This document shows positions 20,211-29,259 of a stretch of 59,330 nt of DNA, piece after piece. The notes under the pieces were generated by a model, which ran no database searches, was not told the DNA's origin, and saw only the letters and a program-made list of their open reading frames with translations. The translations under genes were made by a program, and so were the position numbers. Origin of the DNA: an uncultured Verrucomicrobiota bacterium (GTDB lineage: Bacteria > Verrucomicrobiota > Verrucomicrobiia > Verrucomicrobiales > Akkermansiaceae); assembly GCA_913063525.1 (NCBI GenBank), contig CAJXYV010000001.1, positions 1-59,330 on the forward strand, given 5' to 3'. Position 1 is the stretch's first letter; each line of letters starts with the position of its first letter.

Positions 20211-20533
20211 AACCACAGATGGAAAGGATTCGCACTGATGAAAGATGGGATAAGAGCAAGATTTCGGCCTTCTAAATTACACCCTGCCTATTTCTCAATC
20301 CGCGTCCATCCTGTCCATCTGCGGTTGAATGAATCCGAATGACGCGACGTGGGAGGGACGTTGAATGTCAGATATCGAAAAAATTTCAACCACAGATGGA
20401 CGTTAATGAACGCAGATGGAAGAAGGGATTTAAGACGGGATGCTTGTTTTTCGGGCTTCTGGAATAGCCTCTTCATCTCTTCCGATCTGCGTCTATCCTG
20501 TCCATCTGCGGTTGAATGAATCCAAATGAGGCG
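20211..20533. repeat. Two tandem REPIN-like inverted-repeat units (AACCACAGATGGA...TCCATCTGCGGTT)
   Basis: Unit 1 at 20211-20326 and unit 2 at 20385-20516 each have ~29-bp imperfect inverted arms; the right arms plus tail are near-identical direct repeats. Confidence 0.8.
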
Positions 20534-20646
20534 TCCCGGCATTCGTTCATTTGCAGGGGATTCCACGTGCAAAAACGCGAATGATCCGCCCGATTTCGTT
20601 TCAACGCTTGCGAGTTGGCCGCCTGCGGCTTAATTCCGTCTTCGAC

Positions 20647-22125
20647 ATGAGTGAAGCCGTCACCCCGCAGCAGCCGCAATCCACCGAAGCAGAACTGATC
20701 GCCGTCCGCCGCGAGAAACTCGCGAAACTGCGCGAACTGGGCATCGATCCGTACGGTGCGCGCTTCGAAGTCTCGACGACCCCTGCCGATCTGCGGGCGA
20801 ATTTCGCCGAAGGCCTGCAGGTGAAGGTCGCTGGCCGCATCACCGCGCTGCGCGACATGGGCAAGTCGTGTTTCTTCCAATTGGCCGACGTGCACGGCAC
20901 GATCCAAGGCTACGTCAGCATCAAGAACCTCGGAGAAACCGAAGCCGCGGCCTGGAAATGCCTCGATCGCGGCGACTGGATCGGCATCGAGGGCGAAACC
21001 TTCCTGACCAAAACCGGCGAGCCGACGGTAAAACTCGACAAGTTCACCGTGCTTTCCAAGTCCCTGCGGCCGATGCCCGACAAGTGGCACGGCCTAGCCG
21101 ACCGCGAAATCAAATACCGCAAGCGCCACCTCGACCTGATGGGCAATCCCGACAGCGCGGCGCTGTTTGTGAAGCGCTCGCAAATGATCGCGGAAATCCG
21201 CCGTTTCCTCCAAGACCGCGGATTCCTCGAAGTGGAAACGCCGATGCTCCACGACGTCGCGGGTGGTGCCGCCGCCCGCCCGTTCGAGACGCACCACAAC
21301 GCACTCGGCATGCCGTTGACGCTGCGGATCGCGCCCGAATTGTTCCTCAAGCGGCTGCTCGTCGGCGGCTTCACCAAGATTTTCGAACTCAACCGCAGCT
21401 TCCGCAACGAAGGCATCTCGCGCCGCCACAACCCCGAGTTCACGATGCTCGAAGCGTATTGGGCATTCTCGGATTTCGAGGAAATGGCCGATCTGGTCGA
21501 AGAACTGACCTGCCACCTCGCCGAAAAATTCTGCGGCGGACTCCAGATCGAGCACAAGGACGAGGAAGGCAACGTCACCCGCACCATCAACCTCGCCCGC
21601 CCTTGGAAGCGCGCCAGCTACCACGACCTCATCAAGCTGGCCGCGGGCGAAGATTTCTTCGAGATCGACGCCGCTGGCCGCCGTGCCCGCTGCGAAGAAA
21701 AGGGCATCCAGATTTCCGCAGGCATGGAAGACCACGAAGTCATTCAGCAAGCGTTCGAGAAGTTCGTGGAGGAAAAAACCTTCGATCCCTGCTTCGTCAC
21801 CCGCGTTTCCAGCGAGCTGGTGCCGCTGGCCAAAGTCAGCCCCGGCGGCCAAACCGTCGAAGTTTACGAGCTCATCATCAACGGCCAGGAAATCTCCCCA
21901 GGCTATTCCGAGCTCAACGACCCCGACGTCCAGCGCCAGCGCCTCGAAGCCCAATCGGGCGAAGAGACACAGAAAGTCGACTACGATTTCATCGAAACCC
22001 TCGAACACGGCATGCCACCCGCAGGCGGCATCGGCATCGGTCTCGACCGCCTCTGCATGATGCTCACCGGCGCACCCACCATCCGCGACGTCGTCCTCTT
22101 CCCGCTGCTCAAGCGGAAAGACTGA
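20647..22125 (+). CDS. lysS: Lysine--tRNA ligase (class II)
   Basis: KSLRPMPDKWHGL, FLEVETPML, GGAAARPFETHHNAL, FRNEGISRRHNPEFT, GMPPAGGIGIGLDRL. Confidence 0.98.
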   Translation: MSEAVTPQQPQSTEAELIAVRREKLAKLRELGIDPYGARFEVSTTPADLRANFAEGLQVKVAGRITALRDMGKSCFFQLADVHGTIQGYVSIKNLGETEAAAWKCLDRGDWIGIEGETFLTKTGEPTVKLDKFTVLSKSLRPMPDKWHGLADREIKYRKRHLDLMGNPDSAALFVKRSQMIAEIRRFLQDRGFLEVETPMLHDVAGGAAARPFETHHNALGMPLTLRIAPELFLKRLLVGGFTKIFELNRSFRNEGISRRHNPEFTMLEAYWAFSDFEEMADLVEELTCHLAEKFCGGLQIEHKDEEGNVTRTINLARPWKRASYHDLIKLAAGEDFFEIDAAGRRARCEEKGIQISAGMEDHEVIQQAFEKFVEEKTFDPCFVTRVSSELVPLAKVSPGGQTVEVYELIINGQEISPGYSELNDPDVQRQRLEAQSGEETQKVDYDFIETLEHGMPPAGGIGIGLDRLCMMLTGAPTIRDVVLFPLLKRKD

Positions 22126-22156
22126 TCCGCCAAGCAGTGGCCGCCAAGGGGGCTTT

Positions 22157-22176
22157 GGAGTACCGACTTCAGTCGG
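22157..22176 (+). repeat. Solitary REP-like hairpin GGAGTA-CCGACT-TC-AGTCGG
   Basis: GGAG tetranucleotide followed by a perfect 6-bp stem, 3' of lysS. Confidence 0.45.
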
Positions 22177-22327
22177 ATTGGCGCGAGGTGATCAAATCCA
22201 GAGGGTCTCGCGCAAAGGTCCGAAGGCGCAAAGGGATGCTGAGATGAGGCGGGGTAGAGGCCAGATTTTCGGAGGTCGGATTTTCGGTTCCTCGACGGGC
22301 AAATCAGTCTGTTCGATTGGCAAAACG

Positions 22328-22621
22328 AGCTGACTCACTCCTCACGAAAGCCAACTCACTCCTCGCGCGAGCCAACTGACTCCGCGCGGAAGCCAAGTTC
22401 CACCGCACACAAGCCAAGTCCCACCGCGCACAAGCCAAATTTTACCTCCCGCAAGCCAAGTTCCACCGCGCACAAGCCAAGTTTCACCTTCCGCGAGCCA
22501 AGTTCCACCGCCCGCAAGCCAAGTTCCACCGCCCGCAAGCCAAGTTCCACCGCCCGCAGGCCAAGTCCCACCGCCCGCAAGCCAAGTCCCACCGCCCGCA
22601 AGCCAAGTTCCACCGCCCGGC
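22328..22621. repeat. 21-bp tandem array C (AGCCAAGTTCCACCGCCCGCA-like, 14 copies)
   Basis: AGCCAA recurs every 21 bp; left units are diverged, right units near-identical. Confidence 0.95.
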
Positions 22622-22806
22622 GACTGAATTTGGCCAAGTCAATCGCTCTTGCGACGCGGTCGGAATGGGTTTCGACCGTGCTGGAACGTGTCCAAGTCGA
22701 GCTATCTTTTTCAAAAAATTCGCGCTTTCGTGAGTTCGTGCGCGATTTTTTTCTCCGCCTTACGAAAATTTTTGCGTGTAACACATTCGCATCGAAAAGG
22801 GAGGCG

Positions 22807-23478
22807 ATGTCGCATAATCGTAGTTGGTTACAATTAGAAAAGCCATCGCCTTCCCATGAAAACCTTCCCTCTGCTCTGGGGCCACCAACGATTACTCAGC
22901 CATTACCCAGCATTGTCGCCAATGCAGGAGAAACGGTGATTTTTAACGTGAGCGCAAAAAGCCCGGTGCCAGCGACCTTGACCTATCAATGGCAAAGGAA
23001 CGGTGTTGTCATCGCTGGGGCCAATGACGCTTCATTGACCTTGAGCAATCTGCAGCAGGTGAATACCGGCAGTTACACCGTGGTGGCGAGCAATGACTAT
23101 GGGAGTGTGACGAGTAGTGCCACTTTGACGTTTTCGCTGGCGTACACGCAGGTGCAATATGAAACAGCGCTTCAGTTGGGCTATGATCTCGGGGTGCAGT
23201 CTGGGGGAGGATCCGATGTACTCACTAACCCCAACAGTTACGACCTCTACACCCTCGACCAAGTGCAGGCGCTGAACGTGGGCACGCCGCTGCTGGCGCG
23301 GGATGCGGTGAGCGGGAAGTTCAAGCTGACAGTGAAGGCGAAGAAGAGCATGGATTTGAAGACCTTCACGGATCTGCCGTTTTCGGCGGGGGACGCGGTG
23401 ATCAACAGCAACGGCGAGATGGAGTTCCAATTCGCCTCGCCAGACAATGCGGCGTTTTTCCGGATTGAATCGCATTGA
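22807..23478 (+). CDS. Immunoglobulin-like domain protein with Verrucomicrobia-type C-terminal domain, probably 5'-truncated
   Basis: PPTITQP...F.VSA...LTYQWQRNG...LTL.N...GSYTVVASN.YGSVTS; no signal peptide; AAGGGAGG precedes ATG 22807. Confidence 0.7.
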   Translation: MSHNRSWLQLEKPSPSHENLPSALGPPTITQPLPSIVANAGETVIFNVSAKSPVPATLTYQWQRNGVVIAGANDASLTLSNLQQVNTGSYTVVASNDYGSVTSSATLTFSLAYTQVQYETALQLGYDLGVQSGGGSDVLTNPNSYDLYTLDQVQALNVGTPLLARDAVSGKFKLTVKAKKSMDLKTFTDLPFSAGDAVINSNGEMEFQFASPDNAAFFRIESH

Positions 23479-23489
23479 GGAGGGGCAGA

Positions 23490-23598
23490 GTAGCTGGGGC
23501 CTCTGGCCGCAGACCATTGTTTGGGCGTCGCGCCCAAAGGAATCTGGCGGGAAGCGAGATGCCTCCCCCAACGGTCTGGAGCGAGACGCACCAGCTAC
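23490..23598. repeat. GTAG-family REP doublet (REPIN-like)
   Basis: GTAGCTGGGGCCTCTGGCCGCAGAC versus inverted GTAGCTGGTGCGTCTCGCTCCAGAC; internal hairpin TTTGGGCG-TCG-CGCCCAAA. Confidence 0.7.
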
Positions 23599-23710
23599 TG
23601 CAGCAAGGGGGGCGGCGGTCAGAACATCGAAACTCCGTGGAAGTGTTGATGCGAAATTTTACGCGATCACAGCCTTGGACATTCTGCCCCGCCTGCGCTA
23701 ACACGTCGGC

Positions 23711-25276
23711 GTGAATGCATGGTACCCCGCAGTCGAATTGGTCAAAACCTGCCTCCGCGCAGGCGTTAGCGAGTACGTCGTCTGTGCTGGGGCGCGCAAT
23801 GCGGCGCTGCTCGAAGCGCTGGCCCGCGCCGAGGCGGCGGGACTCGTCCGCGTCTGGCGCCACTTCGAAGAGCGCAGTGCGGGCTTTTTTGCCCTCGGCC
23901 GCACGATGGAAACTGCCAAGCCCTGCGCCGTCATCACCACCAGCGGCACCGCGGCGGCGGAACTGCTGCCCGCCATCATCGAGGCCCACTACCAAGGTCG
24001 GCCGCTCGTCGCGATCACGGCGGACCGTCCTGCGGCGTTTCGCGGCACGGGTGCCCCGCAGTCGATCGAACAGCCCGGGATTTTCGGCGGCCACGCTTTC
24101 CAAGGTAGCTTCGCCGACTGGGACGGCAGACAACCGCTGCACCTCAACGCCGAGTTTGAGGAAATCTTCGAGACGGGCGATGAGAATTTTTCCGCAGAGC
24201 AAATCGGCGAGTTCTCCACCGCCAAGGATCGCCTCGACGTCGCCGCCCTCGCCCGCTGGCTGCGCGCCGATCTTTACAAAGGCCTCGTTGTCATGGTCGG
24301 CGGACTGGAACCCGACGAGCGCGAGGAAGTCTTCCACTTCTGCCAAGACCTCGGCGTGCCCCTCGTCGCCGAGGCCACCAGCGGCCTGCGCGAGGCCCTG
24401 CAATCGCTGGCCATCCACGATGCCGACCGCGTCCTCAAAGCCCGCCCGCCCGGCAAAATCCTCCGCCTCGGCGAAGTCCCCAGCGGCCGCTTCTGGCGCG
24501 ACCTCGAAACGCTGCCCAACGTCTCCGTCTGGTCCATCTGCCGCAACGGCCTGCCCGGGCTCGCCCGCGAATCGAACGTCACCCGCGGCCCGCTCGACCG
24601 CGTCATCTCCGCCCTCGGCCCGATCGAGTTTGCCGACGACGCACTGGACTACCTAGCCGGAGCCGCCAGCCGCGCGGTGAAAATCGACGAACTGCTCGAA
24701 ATCTACCCCGACAGCGAGCCCGCCCTCCTCCGCACCCTTTCCCACTACGCCTCCATCGGCGGCGGACTTTTCCTCGGCAACAGCATGCCCATCCGCGAGT
24801 GGAACCTCTTCGCCCAGTGGGATCGCCCCGTCCCCTCCGTCCGCGCCAACCGCGGGGCCAATGGCATCGACGGCCAAGTCAGCACCTGGCTCGGCTGGTC
24901 TGCCGAGGTCAGCGAAACCTGGGCCGTCGTCGGCGACCTCACCGCCCTCTATGACCTCGCCGCCCCCTTCGTTTTGGAGCAAATCGACTGCCAAGGCCGC
25001 GTCCTCACCGTCATCAACAACGGCGGCGGCAAAATCTTCGAACGCCTGCCGCGCCTCCAAACCATGAGCCCCCGCGCCGTCGAGTGGATGACCAACCCGC
25101 AGACCGCCGACCTCTCCGGCCTCGCCACCCTCTGGCACATGGATCACCTCCGCATCCGCACCGTCGACGACTTCGACCACGTCCAGCCCGGCGAAAAAAC
25201 CCTCCTCCTCGAAATCGTCCCCGACCCCGCCCAAACCACCGCCTTCTGGGCCGCCTGGGATCGGATGCACGGCTGA
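23711..25276 (+). CDS. menD: SEPHCHC synthase (menaquinone biosynthesis, ThDP-dependent)
   Basis: VVCAGARNA, EERSAGFFALG, TTSGTAAAELLPA.IEA, TADRP, NRGANGIDG, GDLTALYDL, INNGGGKIF. Confidence 0.93.
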   Translation: MNAWYPAVELVKTCLRAGVSEYVVCAGARNAALLEALARAEAAGLVRVWRHFEERSAGFFALGRTMETAKPCAVITTSGTAAAELLPAIIEAHYQGRPLVAITADRPAAFRGTGAPQSIEQPGIFGGHAFQGSFADWDGRQPLHLNAEFEEIFETGDENFSAEQIGEFSTAKDRLDVAALARWLRADLYKGLVVMVGGLEPDEREEVFHFCQDLGVPLVAEATSGLREALQSLAIHDADRVLKARPPGKILRLGEVPSGRFWRDLETLPNVSVWSICRNGLPGLARESNVTRGPLDRVISALGPIEFADDALDYLAGAASRAVKIDELLEIYPDSEPALLRTLSHYASIGGGLFLGNSMPIREWNLFAQWDRPVPSVRANRGANGIDGQVSTWLGWSAEVSETWAVVGDLTALYDLAAPFVLEQIDCQGRVLTVINNGGGKIFERLPRLQTMSPRAVEWMTNPQTADLSGLATLWHMDHLRIRTVDDFDHVQPGEKTLLLEIVPDPAQTTAFWAAWDRMHG

Positions 25277-25366
25277 TTCCCGACGAAATCCCCGCTTCGC
25301 CCATCCTTCTCCTTGCCAAGCCGCGCAAGGCCCGATAAGCGTTTCACCTCTCAGCGCAAGCGCACT

Positions 25367-25438
25367 GGTCCCGTGGTCCAATGGATAGGACGATGGCCTC
25401 CGAAGCCGTAGGTGGTGGTTCGATTCCACCCGGGACCA
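25367..25438 (+). tRNA. tRNA-Arg(CCG)
   Basis: Acceptor stem GGTCCCG/CGGGACC, D-loop AATGGATA, anticodon arm ATGGC-CTCCGAA-GCCGT, T-loop TTCGATT; CCA not encoded. Confidence 0.95.
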
Positions 25439-25489
25439 CTTTACATAATCCTCTAAAAATAAGAGGATAATAGCCTCAAAAGAAGCCGA

Positions 25490-25729
25490 AAGCTAGAAGA
25501 AGGCTGCACGATACGCGAATCGGCGGCAGCGGTCGGGATTTCACGCCATGCGGTACTTAAGCGGCAGAACGTATTCCCTGAGTTCGCCCAGGCGGTGACG
25601 GCAGCGCGCGAGGCGGACAAGGAAGAGCGGACCTACCGTTTGTGGCTCCGTCATCCGTTCAGGGGCATGCGTCTGCCTACGGGCAAAGGACACGGTGGTA
25701 AGCCGCGTTTTAGCTATGGACGGCGGTGA
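25490..25729 (+). pseudogene. Start-less fragment resembling an HTH / phage terminase small-subunit-like protein
   Basis: Frame reads LEEGCTIRESAAAVGISRHAVLKRQNVFPEFAQAVTAARE; upstream in-frame stop and no start codon before the HTH. Confidence 0.45.
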
Positions 25730-25780
25730 GGCCGACTCGGTAAATCTCCTGCAAAAAAAAGCTGCCCGAGTCCAGAGTCA

Positions 25781-25978
25781 CTGCAACAGGCTGGAATTGA
25801 AGGTGCTGGATTTTTAGCACCTTTCAAAATGCCGGTCGGCCAGACGGCGGCGGTCTACAGTTCCCGCCGCGAGTGCGACTTTAAGGAGGGAATTAACCCT
25901 CTCAAATTTGAGGAGGTCTACAAAGCAGGTAACGGACAGGAGCAACCCTGCTACCAGCTCCCCCGCCGCAAATCAACT
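25781..25978 (+). pseudogene. Decayed phage Rha-family regulatory protein fragments
   Basis: Two partial copies in one frame: GIEGAGFLAPFKMPVGQTAAVYSSRRECD and GINPLKFEEVYKAGNGQEQPCYQLPRR. Confidence 0.5.
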
Positions 25979-26153
25979 AACCAGAAAATATCCCTTTTGC
26001 TAGCGTTGATTAAATGTTTAATTATTCGCTTGAATTTTTGATTTCGTTACCTAGTTTGAACCGCAGATTCCATCAGGTCAGCCCTCCAGAGAACGCAACT
26101 AGCGCTACCTATCGAACCATCCTTGCAAATCCAAATCCGAGTGAAAAAACCCA

Positions 26154-28706
26154 ATGAAACCCCGACCCATATCGCCACGCTGTCCTAGCTCCCCCACCAA
26201 CCTCATCGTCTTTTGCCTCGGCCTCGCCAGCGCAGCAGTCACGATGCCGTCCGCGCAAGCGGCAAGCGCGACTTGGAACACTTCTCCGACGAACGGCATC
26301 TGGGAGGCGGCTGGTACTGAAAACAATTGGAGCACGGGGGCGGGCCTTTTCCCAGGCGCGATTGGCACCACGAATAACACGGATACCGCGACCTTTTCCA
26401 GCACCAGTTCCACCACCTCGATTTCAATAAACTCCACGGCTGGCAACACCTCGGCACTGAACGTTGGCAGCATTGTCTTTACGGGTGCAAGTCTTTCCGC
26501 CTTTACGATCGGAAGCACGGGCGGCAACACATTGCTCTTTACCGCCAACAGCACCGTGGCAAGCAGTGGCACTCCCAATGCCAATATTTATTACAACACA
26601 TCCGTAAACAGCCTCAACCAAACGGTCAGCGCCCCGATCAAATTGCAGGGGAACGCCTTCTTCAGCAATCAATCCACTGGCACGAGCAGTTCGCTGATCA
26701 TTGATGGAGCGATCAGTGGCAATGCGTCCGGCAACTTCACCTTGGCTTTACGGGCCAACGCCACAACAGGCCAAAGCAACTTCATCAACGGTAATATCAG
26801 TAATGGCAGTGCGACAAATTTGGGAATAACCACATACGCCGGCCCATGGACGCTTGCTGGATCAAACACCTACACAGGCCTCACCACCGCAGGCGGCCTA
26901 GTCACCGTTATGGGTTCCAATTCCGGTAGCGGCGCTTACACGATAAACAGCGGCGGCAACTTTGTATTTAACACGAGCGGAACTATCGTAGCGAGCGTGG
27001 TGGGCAGCCAGTCTGTTAGCAGCACACGAGGCGTGACCTTAACCGGGGGCGTGATCCTACAGGTTAATACCGATGTCGGTGCCACCGGCTCTGGCAACGA
27101 TTTCGCGCCTGGTCTCATTTTCAATAATGGCACGCTGAAAAGTGGCAATGCGAGCGGCATCACCGTTGACGCTACGTCGGTCAGCACAACTCCGGACCAC
27201 AAGGCTACGGTTCTAGCCGGAGGCGCGACGTTCGACACCACGACCGGCAGCATCAACGGGGTAACGGGCTTCTTTCTCAATGGAACAACTGCTGGCGCAA
27301 TTACCGTCAAAGGCGGAAATACGCTGAAGGCGGGTGTCACCAACACCGGCCTGCTTGCGCTACAGGACAACTCAACTTGGAACACCAACGGCGTCGCCTC
27401 GTCGGTGGCAGGGCTTTCCAGCACCAACGGCACGATCACCAACACCGGTTCCGCTTCAACCCTCACGACCAATTTCAGCGGTTCGCAGACCTTTGGAGGC
27501 ATCATCAGCGGTGCAAGCAACCTCTCACTAACCAAATCAGGTACAGGAAATCAGATCCTGACCGGAACGAATACCTATACCGGCGCCACTACGATCAGCA
27601 CTGGTGGCACCCTGCAACTCGGCAGCGGCTCGACCACGGGTTCCTTGTCCTCCAGCAGTTCAATCACCACCAATGGCACGTTCGCGGTCAATCGCAGCAA
27701 TGCGGTAACTCAAGGAACCGATTTCGGCACCATCATCGCCGGCACCGGAGGCGTGACGCATAGTGGAGCAGGAACGCTGACGTTGAACACCGCCAATACT
27801 TACAGCGGCACCACTCTGATCAGTTCCGGAACGCTCGTTGCCTCTTCCAGCGGTGCCCTTGGCTCTAGCACGGTCAACAATAACAGCAAATTACAGGTCA
27901 CGGGTGACATTACACTCAACAACGCCATCACCACACGCGGCGAAACGAACTCAAATCCCAGTGCGAGTGCAGGAGCGATCGAAAGCACGGGTAACAACAG
28001 ATTGAACGGAAACATCAACTTTGGCAACACGGGTGGTTTGATCACAAACGTGATCTCCAAATCAGGATCATTGACCATCGCCGGAAACGTGAGCACCACC
28101 CTCGTCAGCGGCCGCACCTTCAATTTCGGTGGTGCTGGTAACACCACTATAAGCGGCTCGATCAGTGACGGCACATCTGCTGTGTCTGTATCAAAAAACG
28201 GAGCGGGCACGCTAACACTCGCTGGCACCAACGCCTATACTGGCACAACCACCGTTTCCGCAGGCACCCTTTTCATCAGCGGTGAGCTAGGCAACTCTGA
28301 TGTTTTAGCCTTAAACAATTCAGTAATCGGTGCGGGTGATGCCAGTGGTGCCATTGGTGGAAACCTGCACTTCGATTCCGGCTCGAAGCTTGACGTCTCG
28401 CTGGGCGTCCTCACCGTGAGCAGCACGAAGACAGTTTCATTCGGGGGATTCGACTTTACCAGCCTAGTTGGCTTTGACGTCGAAAGCGCCGCCATCGGCA
28501 CTTACACGCTGATCGCCGGCAATTTCTCCCTCAATTCCAGCAACATCGCCCATTACGGCACCGCCAACGCCTTCACCCGACTCGATGGAAACAAGGCTTA
28601 CTTCGACCAAGGAAGCCTCGCGGTAACGATCGCCGCCGTTCCGGAACCCATTGCTACCTTGTTTGGTGGACTCGGCATGCTCGTCCTGTTGCGCCGTCGG
28701 AGATAG
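26154..28706 (+). CDS. PEP-CTERM surface protein with autotransporter-associated beta-strand repeats
   Basis: Signal peptide; repeats such as LTKSGTGNQILTGTNTYTGATTI, GAGTLTLNTANTYSG and KNGAGTLTLAGTNAYTG; ends VPEP-hydrophobic-RRRR. Confidence 0.92.
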   Translation: MKPRPISPRCPSSPTNLIVFCLGLASAAVTMPSAQAASATWNTSPTNGIWEAAGTENNWSTGAGLFPGAIGTTNNTDTATFSSTSSTTSISINSTAGNTSALNVGSIVFTGASLSAFTIGSTGGNTLLFTANSTVASSGTPNANIYYNTSVNSLNQTVSAPIKLQGNAFFSNQSTGTSSSLIIDGAISGNASGNFTLALRANATTGQSNFINGNISNGSATNLGITTYAGPWTLAGSNTYTGLTTAGGLVTVMGSNSGSGAYTINSGGNFVFNTSGTIVASVVGSQSVSSTRGVTLTGGVILQVNTDVGATGSGNDFAPGLIFNNGTLKSGNASGITVDATSVSTTPDHKATVLAGGATFDTTTGSINGVTGFFLNGTTAGAITVKGGNTLKAGVTNTGLLALQDNSTWNTNGVASSVAGLSSTNGTITNTGSASTLTTNFSGSQTFGGIISGASNLSLTKSGTGNQILTGTNTYTGATTISTGGTLQLGSGSTTGSLSSSSSITTNGTFAVNRSNAVTQGTDFGTIIAGTGGVTHSGAGTLTLNTANTYSGTTLISSGTLVASSSGALGSSTVNNNSKLQVTGDITLNNAITTRGETNSNPSASAGAIESTGNNRLNGNINFGNTGGLITNVISKSGSLTIAGNVSTTLVSGRTFNFGGAGNTTISGSISDGTSAVSVSKNGAGTLTLAGTNAYTGTTTVSAGTLFISGELGNSDVLALNNSVIGAGDASGAIGGNLHFDSGSKLDVSLGVLTVSSTKTVSFGGFDFTSLVGFDVESAAIGTYTLIAGNFSLNSSNIAHYGTANAFTRLDGNKAYFDQGSLAVTIAAVPEPIATLFGGLGMLVLLRRRR

Positions 28707-28957
28707 ATTCGATTTCACTGGGCGTATTCAAGCGGCTAGCGCAATTGAGAAACTTGTCAGGGCTGAGTGAGGCATCTGGTCAGGGTGGCTAGCCGGCAGA
28801 ACTGCGATGCCGGCTGAAAAAGAAAAATGCCATTCTGGCTAAACATGGAGTCCTATTTTTGCATGGTGGGTGAGTCATGACTTTCACAAGCCTATATCCT
28901 GCAAATCTTCACGCTGAAACGGTCATCGGCACTCGCAATGCCACGGTGTCTCTTGAA

Positions 28958-29006
28958 ATTAAACGTTCTATTTACGCTTGCAAACTCCGTAGCAAAGGCC
29001 AATAAT
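28958..29006 (+). promoter_or_regulatory. Candidate LacI operator ATTAAACGTTCTAT (28958-28971) next to a possible sigma70 promoter TTGCAA-17-AATAAT
   Basis: Matches the palindromes at 54764 and 55946; upstream of the rightward xylan operon. Confidence 0.55.
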
Positions 29007-29259
29007 AAACCTGAAACAATTGATTTTACCGACGTTACGCTAGCTATTTTAATTCGCGATTCTGCCAAAATCCGCGCAATTTTCATAAACGACCGTTGGA
29101 TGACCTTTTCTCATCACAAAAAGCCCAATCACTCGATCCGGGCCTGCTGGCAGAACCCTGTTAAAACAAACCACAATAACCTCCTGAACAGGCCCAAAAG
29201 GCACACCAACATTTAGGACGATACTTCCTCACAACAAAACCACGAATCACCCAAACAGC

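Noticed and set aside
18804-20342. 512-aa plus-strand ORF
   Set aside because: Antisense shadow of hflX in GC-rich DNA, with no recognisable motifs.
20868-22247. 459-aa Arg/Pro-rich ORF
   Set aside because: Alternative frame of lysS with the composition expected of off-frame GC-rich codons.
16147-22621. 21-bp arrays as CRISPR arrays
   Set aside because: Units are head-to-tail with no unique spacers, and no cas genes are visible in the window.
22630-22806. Longer start for the Ig-domain ORF
   Set aside because: TTG start with non-protein-like sequence across an AT-rich hairpin; ATG 22807 has an SD-like motif.
28791-28826. Hairpin AGCCGGCA...TGCCGGCT as the terminator of the PEP-CTERM gene
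   Set aside because: It is followed by an A-tract rather than a U-tract on the plus strand, so its role is unclear.
28892-29216. Short ORFs upstream of the GPH transporter
   Set aside because: AT-rich promoter/operator region with no protein motifs.
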